Assembly: GCA_964386495.1 (NCBI GenBank)
Contig: CAYLTM010000008.1
Location: 23,669-48,503 of the forward strand
Direction of reading: 5' to 3'
DNA from: an uncultured Leptospirales bacterium
GTDB taxonomy: Bacteria; Spirochaetota; UBA4802; JAFGJZ01
DNA: 24,835 nt
Position 1 is the first letter of the stretch. Each line of letters opens with the position of its first letter. A model generated the notes under the pieces. It did no database searches and was not told the origin of the DNA. It saw only the letters and a list, made by a program, of their open reading frames with translations. Positions 16,478-24,835 of this stretch are shown here, piece after piece. Made by a program: the position numbers and the translations under genes.

Positions 16478-18014
16478 TAATATTTTTCGGAATACCGTCC
16501 GCAATATGCTGTTCAAGAGGAAACCTCACAGTAAATACTGCGCCATTATTATTTGTGCAGACAACAGTTCCTTCAAGATTATAGGTTACTATATTGTAGA
16601 CAATATTCAATCCTAAGCCGGTTCCTCCGCGATTGCGTTTTGTCGTAAAAAATGGTTCGAATATCCTTGAAATATTTTTGTCGCTTACACCTTCACCATC
16701 ATCACAAACTTCAAGGATGAAATCAGTATTCTCGATTTTTGATGATATTATAATTTTTCCGGAATCCCGTTCATCTATACCATGCAGCACGGCGTTAGTA
16801 ATCAAATTAATATAAACCTGCGATAGTAATCCCGCGTAACTATAAATTTTCAAACCCTCTGGACATTGAATAGTAATGTCTACATGTTTGTGGAAAATTT
16901 TTGGTTTCAGAGACAGAACAATCCCATTTATAAATTCTTTGATAGGAATATCTTTTAAAAGCTCGTTTTTTCTATCGAGAGCGATTTTTTTGAAAGTGTT
17001 TATCAATTCGGAAGTGCGAATCATATTTATATTAATGATAGTCAGCGATTCTGTAACTTCCGAAAACTGCCTTAAAAAATCCGTTCTCGTAATCGTAGAT
17101 TTTTCAAAAGCCTCTAAAATTTTTTGGGCTAGATTATAGGCATAGGTGCCTGCAGTCATAGCATTTCCAATTGGCGTGTTCATTTCATGCGCGATACCCG
17201 CGACCATTTCTCCTATCGATGCCATTTTTTTCGCGTTAATTAGTTCATTAGTCCTTTTATGCACAAGATATTGTAGATTATAATTGTAATCTTCTATAGT
17301 ATCCGCCATTATATTGAAACTTTTTGCAAGATCGCCAATTTCGTCATCATTGAGATTATTTATACGAGCACTAAAATCTTTGTTTGCTAATGTCGTTACG
17401 CTGGTTTTCAATTGTACAATCGGCGAGAGAACTGTCTGTCTGAAAATGATAAAAACAATCGCGATAATAAACGATACTATCGTAACTACGAGCAATATTT
17501 CATATATGAAACGTGCAGCAATTTCTTTTTGAATAATATCCGGAGTATAATAAATAATCAGACTTCCAATGTTTTTGTTTTTGTAGAAGATTCCATGTTT
17601 ACGCATTATCAGGGATTTATCGTTTTTTAAATTATGTTTATTGTGATCGTATAATTCAACAAAACCTCTGGAATTTTTTACAATACCAAGATTATTAATA
17701 TCAATGTTTCTTATTATTATCGCGTGGATGTTGTCATCTTCGATTTCGATGTTTAGGGCATTGCGGATAAATTCTTCATCAAGATTCCACAAAGAATATG
17801 ACAGGGTGTTTGAAAGCCTTCGACCGGTTATTTGAGAAATTTTATGAAGTTTTTCTATCGCTTCATTATATGTCATCCAGAAAAATATCATACTGGACAT
17901 CAGCGTTATTATAGACGATATAATAATAATAAAAAACAATGTTCGTCTGATTATTGAACTTGTAATAATTCGTCTGAATTTATAATAACCTCGAAAAATC
18001 GGGAAATAACGCAT
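16461..18014 (-). CDS. Membrane sensor histidine kinase (2 TM, periplasmic domain, HAMP, HisKA, HATPase)
   Basis: HAMP DEIGDLAKSFNIM, H-box AGIAHEMNTPIG, N-box QVYINLITNAVLHG, DDGEG, FEPFFTT, GGTGLGL. Confidence 0.93.
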   Translation of the reverse strand: MRYFPIFRGYYKFRRIITSSIIRRTLFFIIIISSIITLMSSMIFFWMTYNEAIEKLHKISQITGRRLSNTLSYSLWNLDEEFIRNALNIEIEDDNIHAIIIRNIDINNLGIVKNSRGFVELYDHNKHNLKNDKSLIMRKHGIFYKNKNIGSLIIYYTPDIIQKEIAARFIYEILLVVTIVSFIIAIVFIIFRQTVLSPIVQLKTSVTTLANKDFSARINNLNDDEIGDLAKSFNIMADTIEDYNYNLQYLVHKRTNELINAKKMASIGEMVAGIAHEMNTPIGNAMTAGTYAYNLAQKILEAFEKSTITRTDFLRQFSEVTESLTIININMIRTSELINTFKKIALDRKNELLKDIPIKEFINGIVLSLKPKIFHKHVDITIQCPEGLKIYSYAGLLSQVYINLITNAVLHGIDERDSGKIIISSKIENTDFILEVCDDGEGVSDKNISRIFEPFFTTKRNRGGTGLGLNIVYNIVTYNLEGTVVCTNNNGAVFTVRFPLEQHIADGIPKNIINPNF

Positions 18015-18113
18015 GCAAATAACACCTTATATACATGGGGTAAATATCGAACAATTTTCAGTGCAATATAATAGAACAAGCGTAATGAAGTAAACTACAA
18101 TTTACTACAAAAC

Positions 18114-19295
18114 TCATTTACGTCCAAAAAAAATCATAGTCTCAATTTCTGGAGTGCCGGGAAACATGTCAAGCGGGATAATTCTTCTCGGGACATAGCC
18201 ATTGTGTTGCCACCGGGCAAGTTCAGATGGAATATTGTCAATGTTGCAGAATATGTGAACAATCTGCTCAGGTCGTCTTTCAGTGATGTTTTCGATTACA
18301 CCGGGCAGTGTACCGTTTCTTGGCGGGTCAATAATAAAGATTTCCTTAGAACGTGTGTCGGGCAGATTAGCTATGGATTTAACGGTGATGCTGTCACATA
18401 GAAACCGGACATTCGTATTTCCAGTAATATTCTCGACCGCACTTTTTATCGAACTGCGGTTAACTTCAATACCGATAACTGATTTATATTTATCGATAAA
18501 TGAGAGTGAGAATAATCCATATCCGCAATAAAGATCTATCAGAGAACAATCCTTTCCGATAACCAGATTGTCGCCGATCTTTTGAATCATTGCCGGAACA
18601 ATTGAAAGATTTATCTGGGAAAAGCTGTCCGGGTAAAACGAAAAGAATCTCGAATTAAGAGGTATAGTAATTTTTTTTGATCCGTAGAGTTTTTTAAGTT
18701 TCAGAAAATTTTCATCAGCAAATTCATTATAGTATTTGGAATCCTTTTCTCCAAGAAACAGATATATAGAAGAGATCTCTTTGCATGCGGCAAGTACCTG
18801 GTCCGACAAATGTTTGAACTTATTTATCAGCTCAGCGTTAAAAACATCAATATTGAAAATCAGCGTAAACTTCTGATAACTGCCGCGAATAATCACAAAA
18901 TTTATATGTTTCAAATAACTTTTACTGCGTTCACGATTCATAAACTGTGTAATAGTTTTATAAATTATGCTATGATATTCGGGATCCAGCATGGATTTTT
19001 CAGGCTGATTATAACCGGTTGATAAAAAATATTTCTTCTCATTATAAAAGAGACGCTTTTTAGTGGTTGTCCGGTATTTTCTCGGCAATGGAGATTCCAC
19101 AATATTTTCAAGATTTCCATGAAACTTCATGTATGAAAAATACTTTTTTAGAGCCTCGTTTTTCATTTTGATTTCTTCTGGATAATTGAATTCAGCAAGA
19201 AGTTCAGGCGTGGATATTAAATTTTCAGGCAGACGGTTCCGGCTTTCATCTCTAATAAATGTATAAAATTCAGAACTTGTATTTGTGTTTTTCAT
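18114..19295 (-). CDS. RlmD/TrmA-like RNA m5U methyltransferase, lacking the TRAM domain and the Fe-S cysteine cluster
   Basis: SFSQIN, DLYCGYGLF, IGIE, IDPPRNG, HIFCN (catalytic Cys), DMFPGTPEIE. Its ATG overlaps the tetR stop (TAATG). Confidence 0.85.
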   Translation of the reverse strand: MKNTNTSSEFYTFIRDESRNRLPENLISTPELLAEFNYPEEIKMKNEALKKYFSYMKFHGNLENIVESPLPRKYRTTTKKRLFYNEKKYFLSTGYNQPEKSMLDPEYHSIIYKTITQFMNRERSKSYLKHINFVIIRGSYQKFTLIFNIDVFNAELINKFKHLSDQVLAACKEISSIYLFLGEKDSKYYNEFADENFLKLKKLYGSKKITIPLNSRFFSFYPDSFSQINLSIVPAMIQKIGDNLVIGKDCSLIDLYCGYGLFSLSFIDKYKSVIGIEVNRSSIKSAVENITGNTNVRFLCDSITVKSIANLPDTRSKEIFIIDPPRNGTLPGVIENITERRPEQIVHIFCNIDNIPSELARWQHNGYVPRRIIPLDMFPGTPEIETMIFFGRK

Positions 19296-19921
19296 TAATT
19301 CATAATTCCCCGGAAGAATTGGTCCATGGTAAATTCTGCCATATCGTTAATTTCGGCGTTTATTATTGTCGCGTTTCTTGTAACATCGAGCAGTAAAACT
19401 CCTTCAATGATTCCCCAGAAGGACAATGACAATTTCAAGGTATCGACTTCTCTCATTTCTCCGGATTTCACACCATCATCAAAAATAGCCTTAATTTCCA
19501 GCAACAGATCATTGGCTCTTTTATATAAATAGTCTGCTTTAAAAAAGTCGTAGAAAAAATCCCGTTGACCTAAATGCAGAATCGACATAATATAATAATA
19601 ATCATTTTCCTCATGATAAAATCTTAGATATGCCTTTAACACAAGCCGTATCTTAGTTTTAACATCATTTGCTTCATTATCAAGTTCTTCTTTAATAATT
19701 GAATAAAGAATATCGACAGCAATGATATTGAGTTCGCGATAAATGTCTATCTTACTTTTAAAATACAGGTAAAAGGTTCCGGTGCTGAGTCCCGCGTTAT
19801 TGGTGATTATTTCTACCGTTGTGCCGCGAAAGCCAAGTTCCTTAAAAAGTCCTTTCGCGGTATCCAGCAGCAGATTTTTCTTCGCGATTTTTTCCTCGGA
19901 TGTTCTAGCTCGTTTTTTCAT
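19295..19921 (-). CDS. TetR/AcrR family transcriptional regulator
   Basis: HTH LLDTAKGLFKELGFRGTTVEIITNNAGLSTGTFYLYFKSK, and C-domain IFDDGVKSGEMR. Confidence 0.93.
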   Translation of the reverse strand: MKKRARTSEEKIAKKNLLLDTAKGLFKELGFRGTTVEIITNNAGLSTGTFYLYFKSKIDIYRELNIIAVDILYSIIKEELDNEANDVKTKIRLVLKAYLRFYHEENDYYYIMSILHLGQRDFFYDFFKADYLYKRANDLLLEIKAIFDDGVKSGEMREVDTLKLSLSFWGIIEGVLLLDVTRNATIINAEINDMAEFTMDQFFRGIMN

Positions 19922-19927
19922 AAAGTC

Positions 19928-19955
19928 AAAGTAAATAATATTTAACTAATGTCAA
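19928..19955 (-). promoter_or_regulatory. Putative sigma70 promoter for tetR, consistent with a leaderless mRNA
   Basis: TTGACA-16 nt-TACTTT ends 6 nt before the ATG. No SD. Confidence 0.5.
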
Positions 19956-19977
19956 GAAATTTAACCCATGAGCCTCT

Positions 19978-20093
19978 TTGAATAAAAGGTGTCAGAGACA
20001 TTTATGTCTCTGACACCTTTTATTCAAGGGAATACCTGTTAAGTCATCCGACCAATATAATTAAACACTGGCAAAATCACATATGTGGATTTT
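19978..20093. repeat. Perfect 50-bp family-B palindrome (19978-20027) plus a CACATATGTG module (20078-20087)
   Basis: TTGAATAAAAGGTGTCAGAGACAT-tt-ATGTCTCTGACACCTTTTATTCAA. Confidence 0.9.
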
Positions 20094-20156
20094 TTAGTTT
20101 GACAAATTTAGAGACGTGGGGGCATCGTTATTAATTATGACTAGCGAGCGCGAAAT

Positions 20157-20747
20157 ATGATTAAAAGCACTAACAGCGAATACGGAAAACCGATGTGCCT
20201 ACTATACCCCGGCGAATACTACGTTACTGGCGGGGATATAGCTATTGCAACGGTATCCGCCCTTTGTCTAGTGGTTTGTCTATATGATGCCCGAAGAATG
20301 ATCGGCGGTATGGGACATTTTATTCTCCCGGGTGTAATCGGCACCGGTGGAATTGAAAAAAGCGATATCGCGGCCTATGGAGTTACACAGCTTGAATATC
20401 TTTTTGGCGAATTTGTAAAACTCGGCGGCGACAGAAGAGATGTTGTCGCGAAAGTTTTTGGAACAGCGTCGGTATCTTCTGTCGGTAAAATTAACGAAAA
20501 CATTCTGCGTAGTAATTTATATTTTATCCATGAGTTTTTTACCGGTGAAAAAATTATTGTCGAAAATCTTGACATATCCACAACAATTCGCAGGAAAATT
20601 GTTTTTTTTCCTAAAAGCGGAAAATGCTACCGAAAAGTTTTAAAGAATAATGTGAAAAATTCAGAAATAATTAAATTGGAAAATGAATATATTGATGTTG
20701 CCTTTAAAAAGAAAGACGAAAAAACAAGGGTTATTCTTTTCGATTAA
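20157..20747 (+). CDS. cheD: Degenerate CheD-like protein
   Basis: LYPGEYYV...ATVSALCLVVCLYD...IGGMGHFILP...VAKVFGT...RRKIVFFPKSG. Cys and His are present, but LGSC is replaced by SALC. Confidence 0.75.
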   Translation: MIKSTNSEYGKPMCLLYPGEYYVTGGDIAIATVSALCLVVCLYDARRMIGGMGHFILPGVIGTGGIEKSDIAAYGVTQLEYLFGEFVKLGGDRRDVVAKVFGTASVSSVGKINENILRSNLYFIHEFFTGEKIIVENLDISTTIRRKIVFFPKSGKCYRKVLKNNVKNSEIIKLENEYIDVAFKKKDEKTRVILFD

Positions 20748-20756
20748 GTTTTATAT

Positions 20757-21272
20757 TTGGAGCTCAGTTTGAACAATTCCAGCAAATTTGGAAAGAACAT
20801 CGCGACTATACATCCCGGTGAATATTATGTTTCATCAAAAGATGAATATATTCAAACGCTGTTAGGCTCCTGTGTAGCGGTATGTTTTTATGATTCGGTT
20901 AAACAGGTATCCGGCATGAATCACTTTATGCTCGCCGGTAATGTATCGATGTCCGGTTTCAGCGCGGAAGTGACCGCTAAACATGGTATGCAGTCAACAA
21001 TGCTTCTTCTGGAAGACATGTACAAATTCGGCTGCACGAAAAAGAACATTATCGCGAAAGTCTTCGGCGGCGGAAAAGTTCTGCCGTATGAGAATCCTGT
21101 ACATAATGTACCTGGTGATAATATTCGTGTCGCGAAGGTTGTTCTCGAAATGGAAGATATTGTCATTGACCAGACTGAGCTTGGCGGAAACTTTACAAGA
21201 AAGCTCATTATGGATGTTAAGACCGGTAAAGTTTTTTTGAAGAAGTCTGTTAATTACAATTTAGAGGAATAG
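20757..21272 (+). CDS. cheD: Chemoreceptor glutamine deamidase CheD
   Basis: IHPGEYYV...TLLGSCVAVCFYD...GMNHFML...AKVFGGG...GDN...LGGNFTRK...TGKV. The start may instead be the in-frame TTG at 20769 (GGAG upstream). Confidence 0.92.
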   Translation: MELSLNNSSKFGKNIATIHPGEYYVSSKDEYIQTLLGSCVAVCFYDSVKQVSGMNHFMLAGNVSMSGFSAEVTAKHGMQSTMLLLEDMYKFGCTKKNIIAKVFGGGKVLPYENPVHNVPGDNIRVAKVVLEMEDIVIDQTELGGNFTRKLIMDVKTGKVFLKKSVNYNLEE

Positions 21273-21429
21273 TCGATTCATCATATAAACGAAGATGTTG
21301 AGAAGAAGTCTGAAGAATTAAGCTTTTTTGTTTTAAAATGAAGAGGTGATCTCGTAGAATCTGATACATCTTTTATGACGGAACAGCTCGCCGGTTAGAA
21401 ATTTTTTATGAAAATCATTATGAGGTATT

Positions 21430-21684
21430 ATGAATATTGTTGAAGTGATCAGTATCGTTGCAGGTATTCTAACAACGTCCGCTTTTGTTCCGCAGGCACT
21501 GAAAATTATTCGTACAAAGGAAACTCACGGCATTTCGATAATTATGTATATTGTTATGTGCAGCGGACTATTTTTATGGATGATCTATGGTTTGATTACT
21601 CTGCAGATCCCGTTGATTTTGGCCAACGCTGTTACCCTGATTCTATCACTAATAATTTTAGTGTTGAAAATTAAATACAAGTAA
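21430..21684 (+). CDS. SemiSWEET (PQ-loop) sugar transporter
   Basis: 84 aa, 3 TM: AGILTTSAFVPQALK..RTK...IS..MY......LWMIYG.....PLILAN. Confidence 0.92.
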   Translation: MNIVEVISIVAGILTTSAFVPQALKIIRTKETHGISIIMYIVMCSGLFLWMIYGLITLQIPLILANAVTLILSLIILVLKIKYK

Positions 21685-21689
21685 CCTGC

Positions 21690-22766
21690 ATGGACACCTC
21701 GATGGAAAACACCGATACTAGCCAGCCCGAAACGGCTTCTCCGCATGTCAGACGAAAACGTTATAAAGGTACTCATCCGCGCCGTTTCGCGGATAAATAT
21801 AAAGAGCTTAATCCCGGCAAATATGCTGAAGATATTGAAAAGATTATGCAGCGTGGTCATACACCCGCCGGAATGCACAGATCAATCTGCGTTAATGAAA
21901 TTCTTGAAGTGCTGGATCTCAAACCGGGCGATCGCGGTCTTGATGCTACTCTTGGTTATGGCGGGCACACACGTGAACTTCTTAAAAAAATCATACCCGG
22001 CGGTCATCTTATTTCTCTAGATGTTGATCCGATTGAGCTGCCGAAAACTGAGGCTCGGCTTCGAGGCGAAGGTTATTCCACAAATGTTTTAGAGATACGC
22101 AAAATGAATTTTGCCGGAATTAACAAGTTGCTGCCCGATATCGGCGATGGTTTAGATTTTGTTCTCGCGGATCTGGGATTATCGTCGATGCAGATTGACA
22201 ACCCTTCAAGGGGTTTTACATTTAAAGTTGAGGGACCTCTTGATCTTCGAATGAATCCTGATCGCGGCAGACCGGCATCGGATCTGATTAAAAATTTATC
22301 CGAACCATCGCTTGAAAAACTGCTGACTGTTAACTCGGACGAACCATGGGCAAAGGAAATCGCGCGTGAAATTTCCGCAAGTGCAGAGTCAATCGTAACA
22401 ACTACAGATCTCTCGGATTGTATCAATAAAGCAATCGACAAAGCACCACACGACTCACGGGAAAAAAATATTAAAAAATCCTGTCAGAGAACTTTCCAGG
22501 CTCTTCGAATCGAAGTCAATGATGAGTTCAGTGCGCTTGATCAGTTTCTTCGACAACTGCCTTGGATACTTAAACAGGGCGGGAAAGCCGCTATACTTAC
22601 ATTCCATTCCGGTGAGGACAACCGTGTGGTTCGTGCTTTTGAGGCAGGTGTCAGCACGGGATTATTCAGCGGCTATTCTGTAGAACCCATACGTGCGTCG
22701 GCACAGGAGCGGTTTGACAATCCCCGTTCAAAATGCGCACGGCTCAGATGGGCAATTAAATCATAA
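21690..22766 (+). CDS. rsmH: 16S rRNA m4C1402 methyltransferase RsmH family, stand-alone variant with N-terminal basic extension
   Basis: DATLGYGGH, DLGLSSMQID..RGF.F...GPLDLRMN, FQALRIEVNDE, ILTFHSGED, NPRSKCARLR. Confidence 0.9.
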   Translation: MDTSMENTDTSQPETASPHVRRKRYKGTHPRRFADKYKELNPGKYAEDIEKIMQRGHTPAGMHRSICVNEILEVLDLKPGDRGLDATLGYGGHTRELLKKIIPGGHLISLDVDPIELPKTEARLRGEGYSTNVLEIRKMNFAGINKLLPDIGDGLDFVLADLGLSSMQIDNPSRGFTFKVEGPLDLRMNPDRGRPASDLIKNLSEPSLEKLLTVNSDEPWAKEIAREISASAESIVTTTDLSDCINKAIDKAPHDSREKNIKKSCQRTFQALRIEVNDEFSALDQFLRQLPWILKQGGKAAILTFHSGEDNRVVRAFEAGVSTGLFSGYSVEPIRASAQERFDNPRSKCARLRWAIKS

Positions 22767-22780
22767 GGGATTGATTATCA

Positions 22781-22830
22781 ATTTATTTCGGAATTTCTAC
22801 ATGTCGATTTTACGGGATGTATAATTTGAC
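22781..22830. repeat. Degenerate copy of the 5827-5876 palindrome block, between convergent genes
   Basis: ATTTATTTCGGAATTTCTACATGTCGATTTTACGGGATGTATAATTTGAC versus ATTTATTTCGGAATTCCGACATGTCGATTTTACAGGATGTATAAATCGAC. Confidence 0.8.
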
Positions 22831-22847
22831 AGACTGTTTAAACATGT

Positions 22848-24835
22848 TTACATTATTTCCAGAACAAATTTTGTTTCCAGTTTAATTTGTAGTAATACAT
22901 CCACTAGAGAATCTTCATCATTATCATTCAATTCTTCAATACATTGGGCGAGATCTCCAAGTATTTCACAAGATAATGATAAAGCCGCGCTTTTTATTTT
23001 ATGCGCGTTTTTTCGGATTGCTTCAATATCGTTACGCTGAATACTATTTTCAAGAGTCATAATATATTCCGATATATTTTTTCTAAATGCTCCAGTAATT
23101 TCATTATACGAAATTAAATCTCCATGAAGAATATCCATAAGTTCTTTTTTGTTAAAATGTGTATGCTTATTATCGGAGGACTGATCCGTATCATAGTAAA
23201 ACCCGATAATTGCTGATGAAAGGTATTTAGATAGAATAGATTTTAGTTGATCTACTTGTATTGGTTTTTGTAGATAATCATCCATACCAGCTTGCAAGTA
23301 TTTTTCCTTTTCATCTTCTTTCGATCCCGCGGATATTGCAATTATCTTAACATATGTCCCGGATAATTTTTCTGATTCTCTTATTTCATGGGCAGCTTCG
23401 AATCCGTTTTTTCCCTGCATATAAATATCCATAAAAATTATATCCGGCATGAATGTTTCGTTTGCTTTAACGGCATCCTCTCCATTTTCTACTGTTTCAA
23501 CAATCAACCCGCATCTAGTCAGAATTTCCTTGAATAGTATCCTGTTGCTTTCAACATCATCCGCCACTAAAATTTTATTGTTTTCAAAAATAGGATTTTG
23601 TCGGCAATTTTCCTTGAAATTTTCCGGAACTATTGATGGGTTAAAAATTTGAACATTGGTAAAGTCTAGAGTAAAGGTACTCCCTTTGTCCGGTTGGCTA
23701 ATCAGCGAAATTGTACCATGCATAGCTTCGATCATACGTTTCGAAATCGTTAAACCTAATCCTGTTCCACCGAACTTTTGGTTTTGACCGGTAATCTGAG
23801 TAAACGCTTCAAAAATATTTTGCAGCTCATTCTCAGGAATGCCTATTCCGGTGTCAGTGATAGAAATTCGAAAATCAATAAATTCCGGATTTTGATCGTT
23901 AATATTTGCAGATGTTAAGGACAGTCTGATATATCCATATTCAGTGAACTTGACAGCATTTCCAATAAGATTAATCAATACTTGACGAATACGAATTTCA
24001 TCAAAAAGAATATATTCTGGAAAACCTTTCTGAACATCAATAATCATTTTGAGATTGCGTAGTTTAATCTGTTGACTGAATATCTTTTCAACATCGTTGA
24101 ATATTTTAATAATATTTACAGGGTTATATTGTATCTCCAATTTTCCAGCTTCGATTTTTGCGATATCCAGAATATCATTGATGATGGTCAACAGACTGTT
24201 GCCCGCGATATTAATATTTTCGATATAACTTTTACTAATGTCGTCATAATCATTACCACGAAGAAGTTCACTAAACCCTATAACCGCGTTTAATGGTGTG
24301 CGTATTTCATGACTCATGTTTGCGATAAACTCACTTTTAATATTATTAGCTTTCTCCGCTTCATTTTTCGCTGCTTCCAACTCAATGGTACGGTCTTTAA
24401 CCTTTTCTTCAAGGTGATTAATTAGCCGCGACAATTCATCAGCCATATGATTAAGAGCTATAGCCAATGTGCCGATTTCGTCATGTCTTTTCACAATGGC
24501 TCTTTGTTGAAAATCACCTTTAGAAAATTTAGCGCTTATTTGTCTAAGTTCATACACAGGTTTTAAAATAGTTTTTATTCGGTTAATCCATATAATAATA
24601 GCGATTATCAGTAGAAAAGCTGATAACCCCGCGAATATAATAAAATTTTTATGAATTTCTCCGGTAAATTGATTTTCAGGTATCGCGATAATAATCTGCC
24701 AATCAATACCTTCCCTTTTATAATTTGTTCTGGTTATATGATATGTAGTTCGACCAATAACCGTTTTAGTATTATACGCCGCGTTTTTTATCAGTTCATT
24801 ATAAGTATTTTTTATTATTTTGTTTTTTACTTTAA
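22848..24835 (-). CDS. Hybrid sensor kinase (Cache-like sensor, TM, HAMP, HisKA, HATPase, REC, Hpt); 5' end outside the window
   Basis: The frame stays open upstream of 24557 to the window end (…WQIIIAIPE…TM…KPV). [56 protein letters not shown], Hpt AHKIKSAA. Confidence 0.93.
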   Translation of the reverse strand, partial: KVKNKIIKNTYNELIKNAAYNTKTVIGRTTYHITRTNYKREGIDWQIIIAIPENQFTGEIHKNFIIFAGLSAFLLIIAIIIWINRIKTILKPVYELRQISAKFSKGDFQQRAIVKRHDEIGTLAIALNHMADELSRLINHLEEKVKDRTIELEAAKNEAEKANNIKSEFIANMSHEIRTPLNAVIGFSELLRGNDYDDISKSYIENINIAGNSLLTIINDILDIAKIEAGKLEIQYNPVNIIKIFNDVEKIFSQQIKLRNLKMIIDVQKGFPEYILFDEIRIRQVLINLIGNAVKFTEYGYIRLSLTSANINDQNPEFIDFRISITDTGIGIPENELQNIFEAFTQITGQNQKFGGTGLGLTISKRMIEAMHGTISLISQPDKGSTFTLDFTNVQIFNPSIVPENFKENCRQNPIFENNKILVADDVESNRILFKEILTRCGLIVETVENGEDAVKANETFMPDIIFMDIYMQGKNGFEAAHEIRESEKLSGTYVKIIAISAGSKEDEKEKYLQAGMDDYLQKPIQVDQLKSILSKYLSSAIIGFYYDTDQSSDNKHTHFNKKELMDILHGDLISYNEITGAFRKNISEYIMTLENSIQRNDIEAIRKNAHKIKSAALSLSCEILGDLAQCIEELNDNDEDSLVDVLLQIKLETKFVLEIM

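Noticed and set aside
22848-24557. 569-aa complete kinase as given by the ORF track
   Set aside because: The frame is open to the window end and encodes a sensor domain and TM helix, so the gene is 5'-truncated by the window.

Overview
An AT-rich bacterial chromosomal window, probably from a Leptospira-related spirochete. That placement is inferred from a LysM lipoprotein next to a STAS gene, an arrangement I recall from the Leptospira lruA/lipL71 locus. The left part (1-5.5 kb) is a conserved moxR-DUF58-membrane protein-batA operon plus the lipoprotein and STAS genes. The rest is a patchwork of mostly single-gene units: a MoeA-PBP fusion, two GNATs, an MBL hydrolase, a probable OM beta-barrel, a GH-like protein, two orphan histidine kinases, TetR coupled to an RlmD/TrmA-like methyltransferase, tandem cheD genes, SemiSWEET and a stand-alone rsmH. 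I found no rRNA, tRNA, CRISPR array, integrase or transposase. Three observations stand out. (1) A hypothetical protein at ~9.9-10.8 kb has a C-terminal domain that aligns by eye with the eukaryotic Janus/PHPT1 phosphohistidine phosphatase fold. (2) A modular family of intergenic palindromic repeats (CTCTG[G/A/T]CACC core, at least 11 copies) occupies six intergenic regions, alongside other REP-like hairpin families. (3) A canonical cheD is paired with a degenerate cheD, with no chemotaxis cluster nearby. All family assignments come from motif recognition, not database searches.
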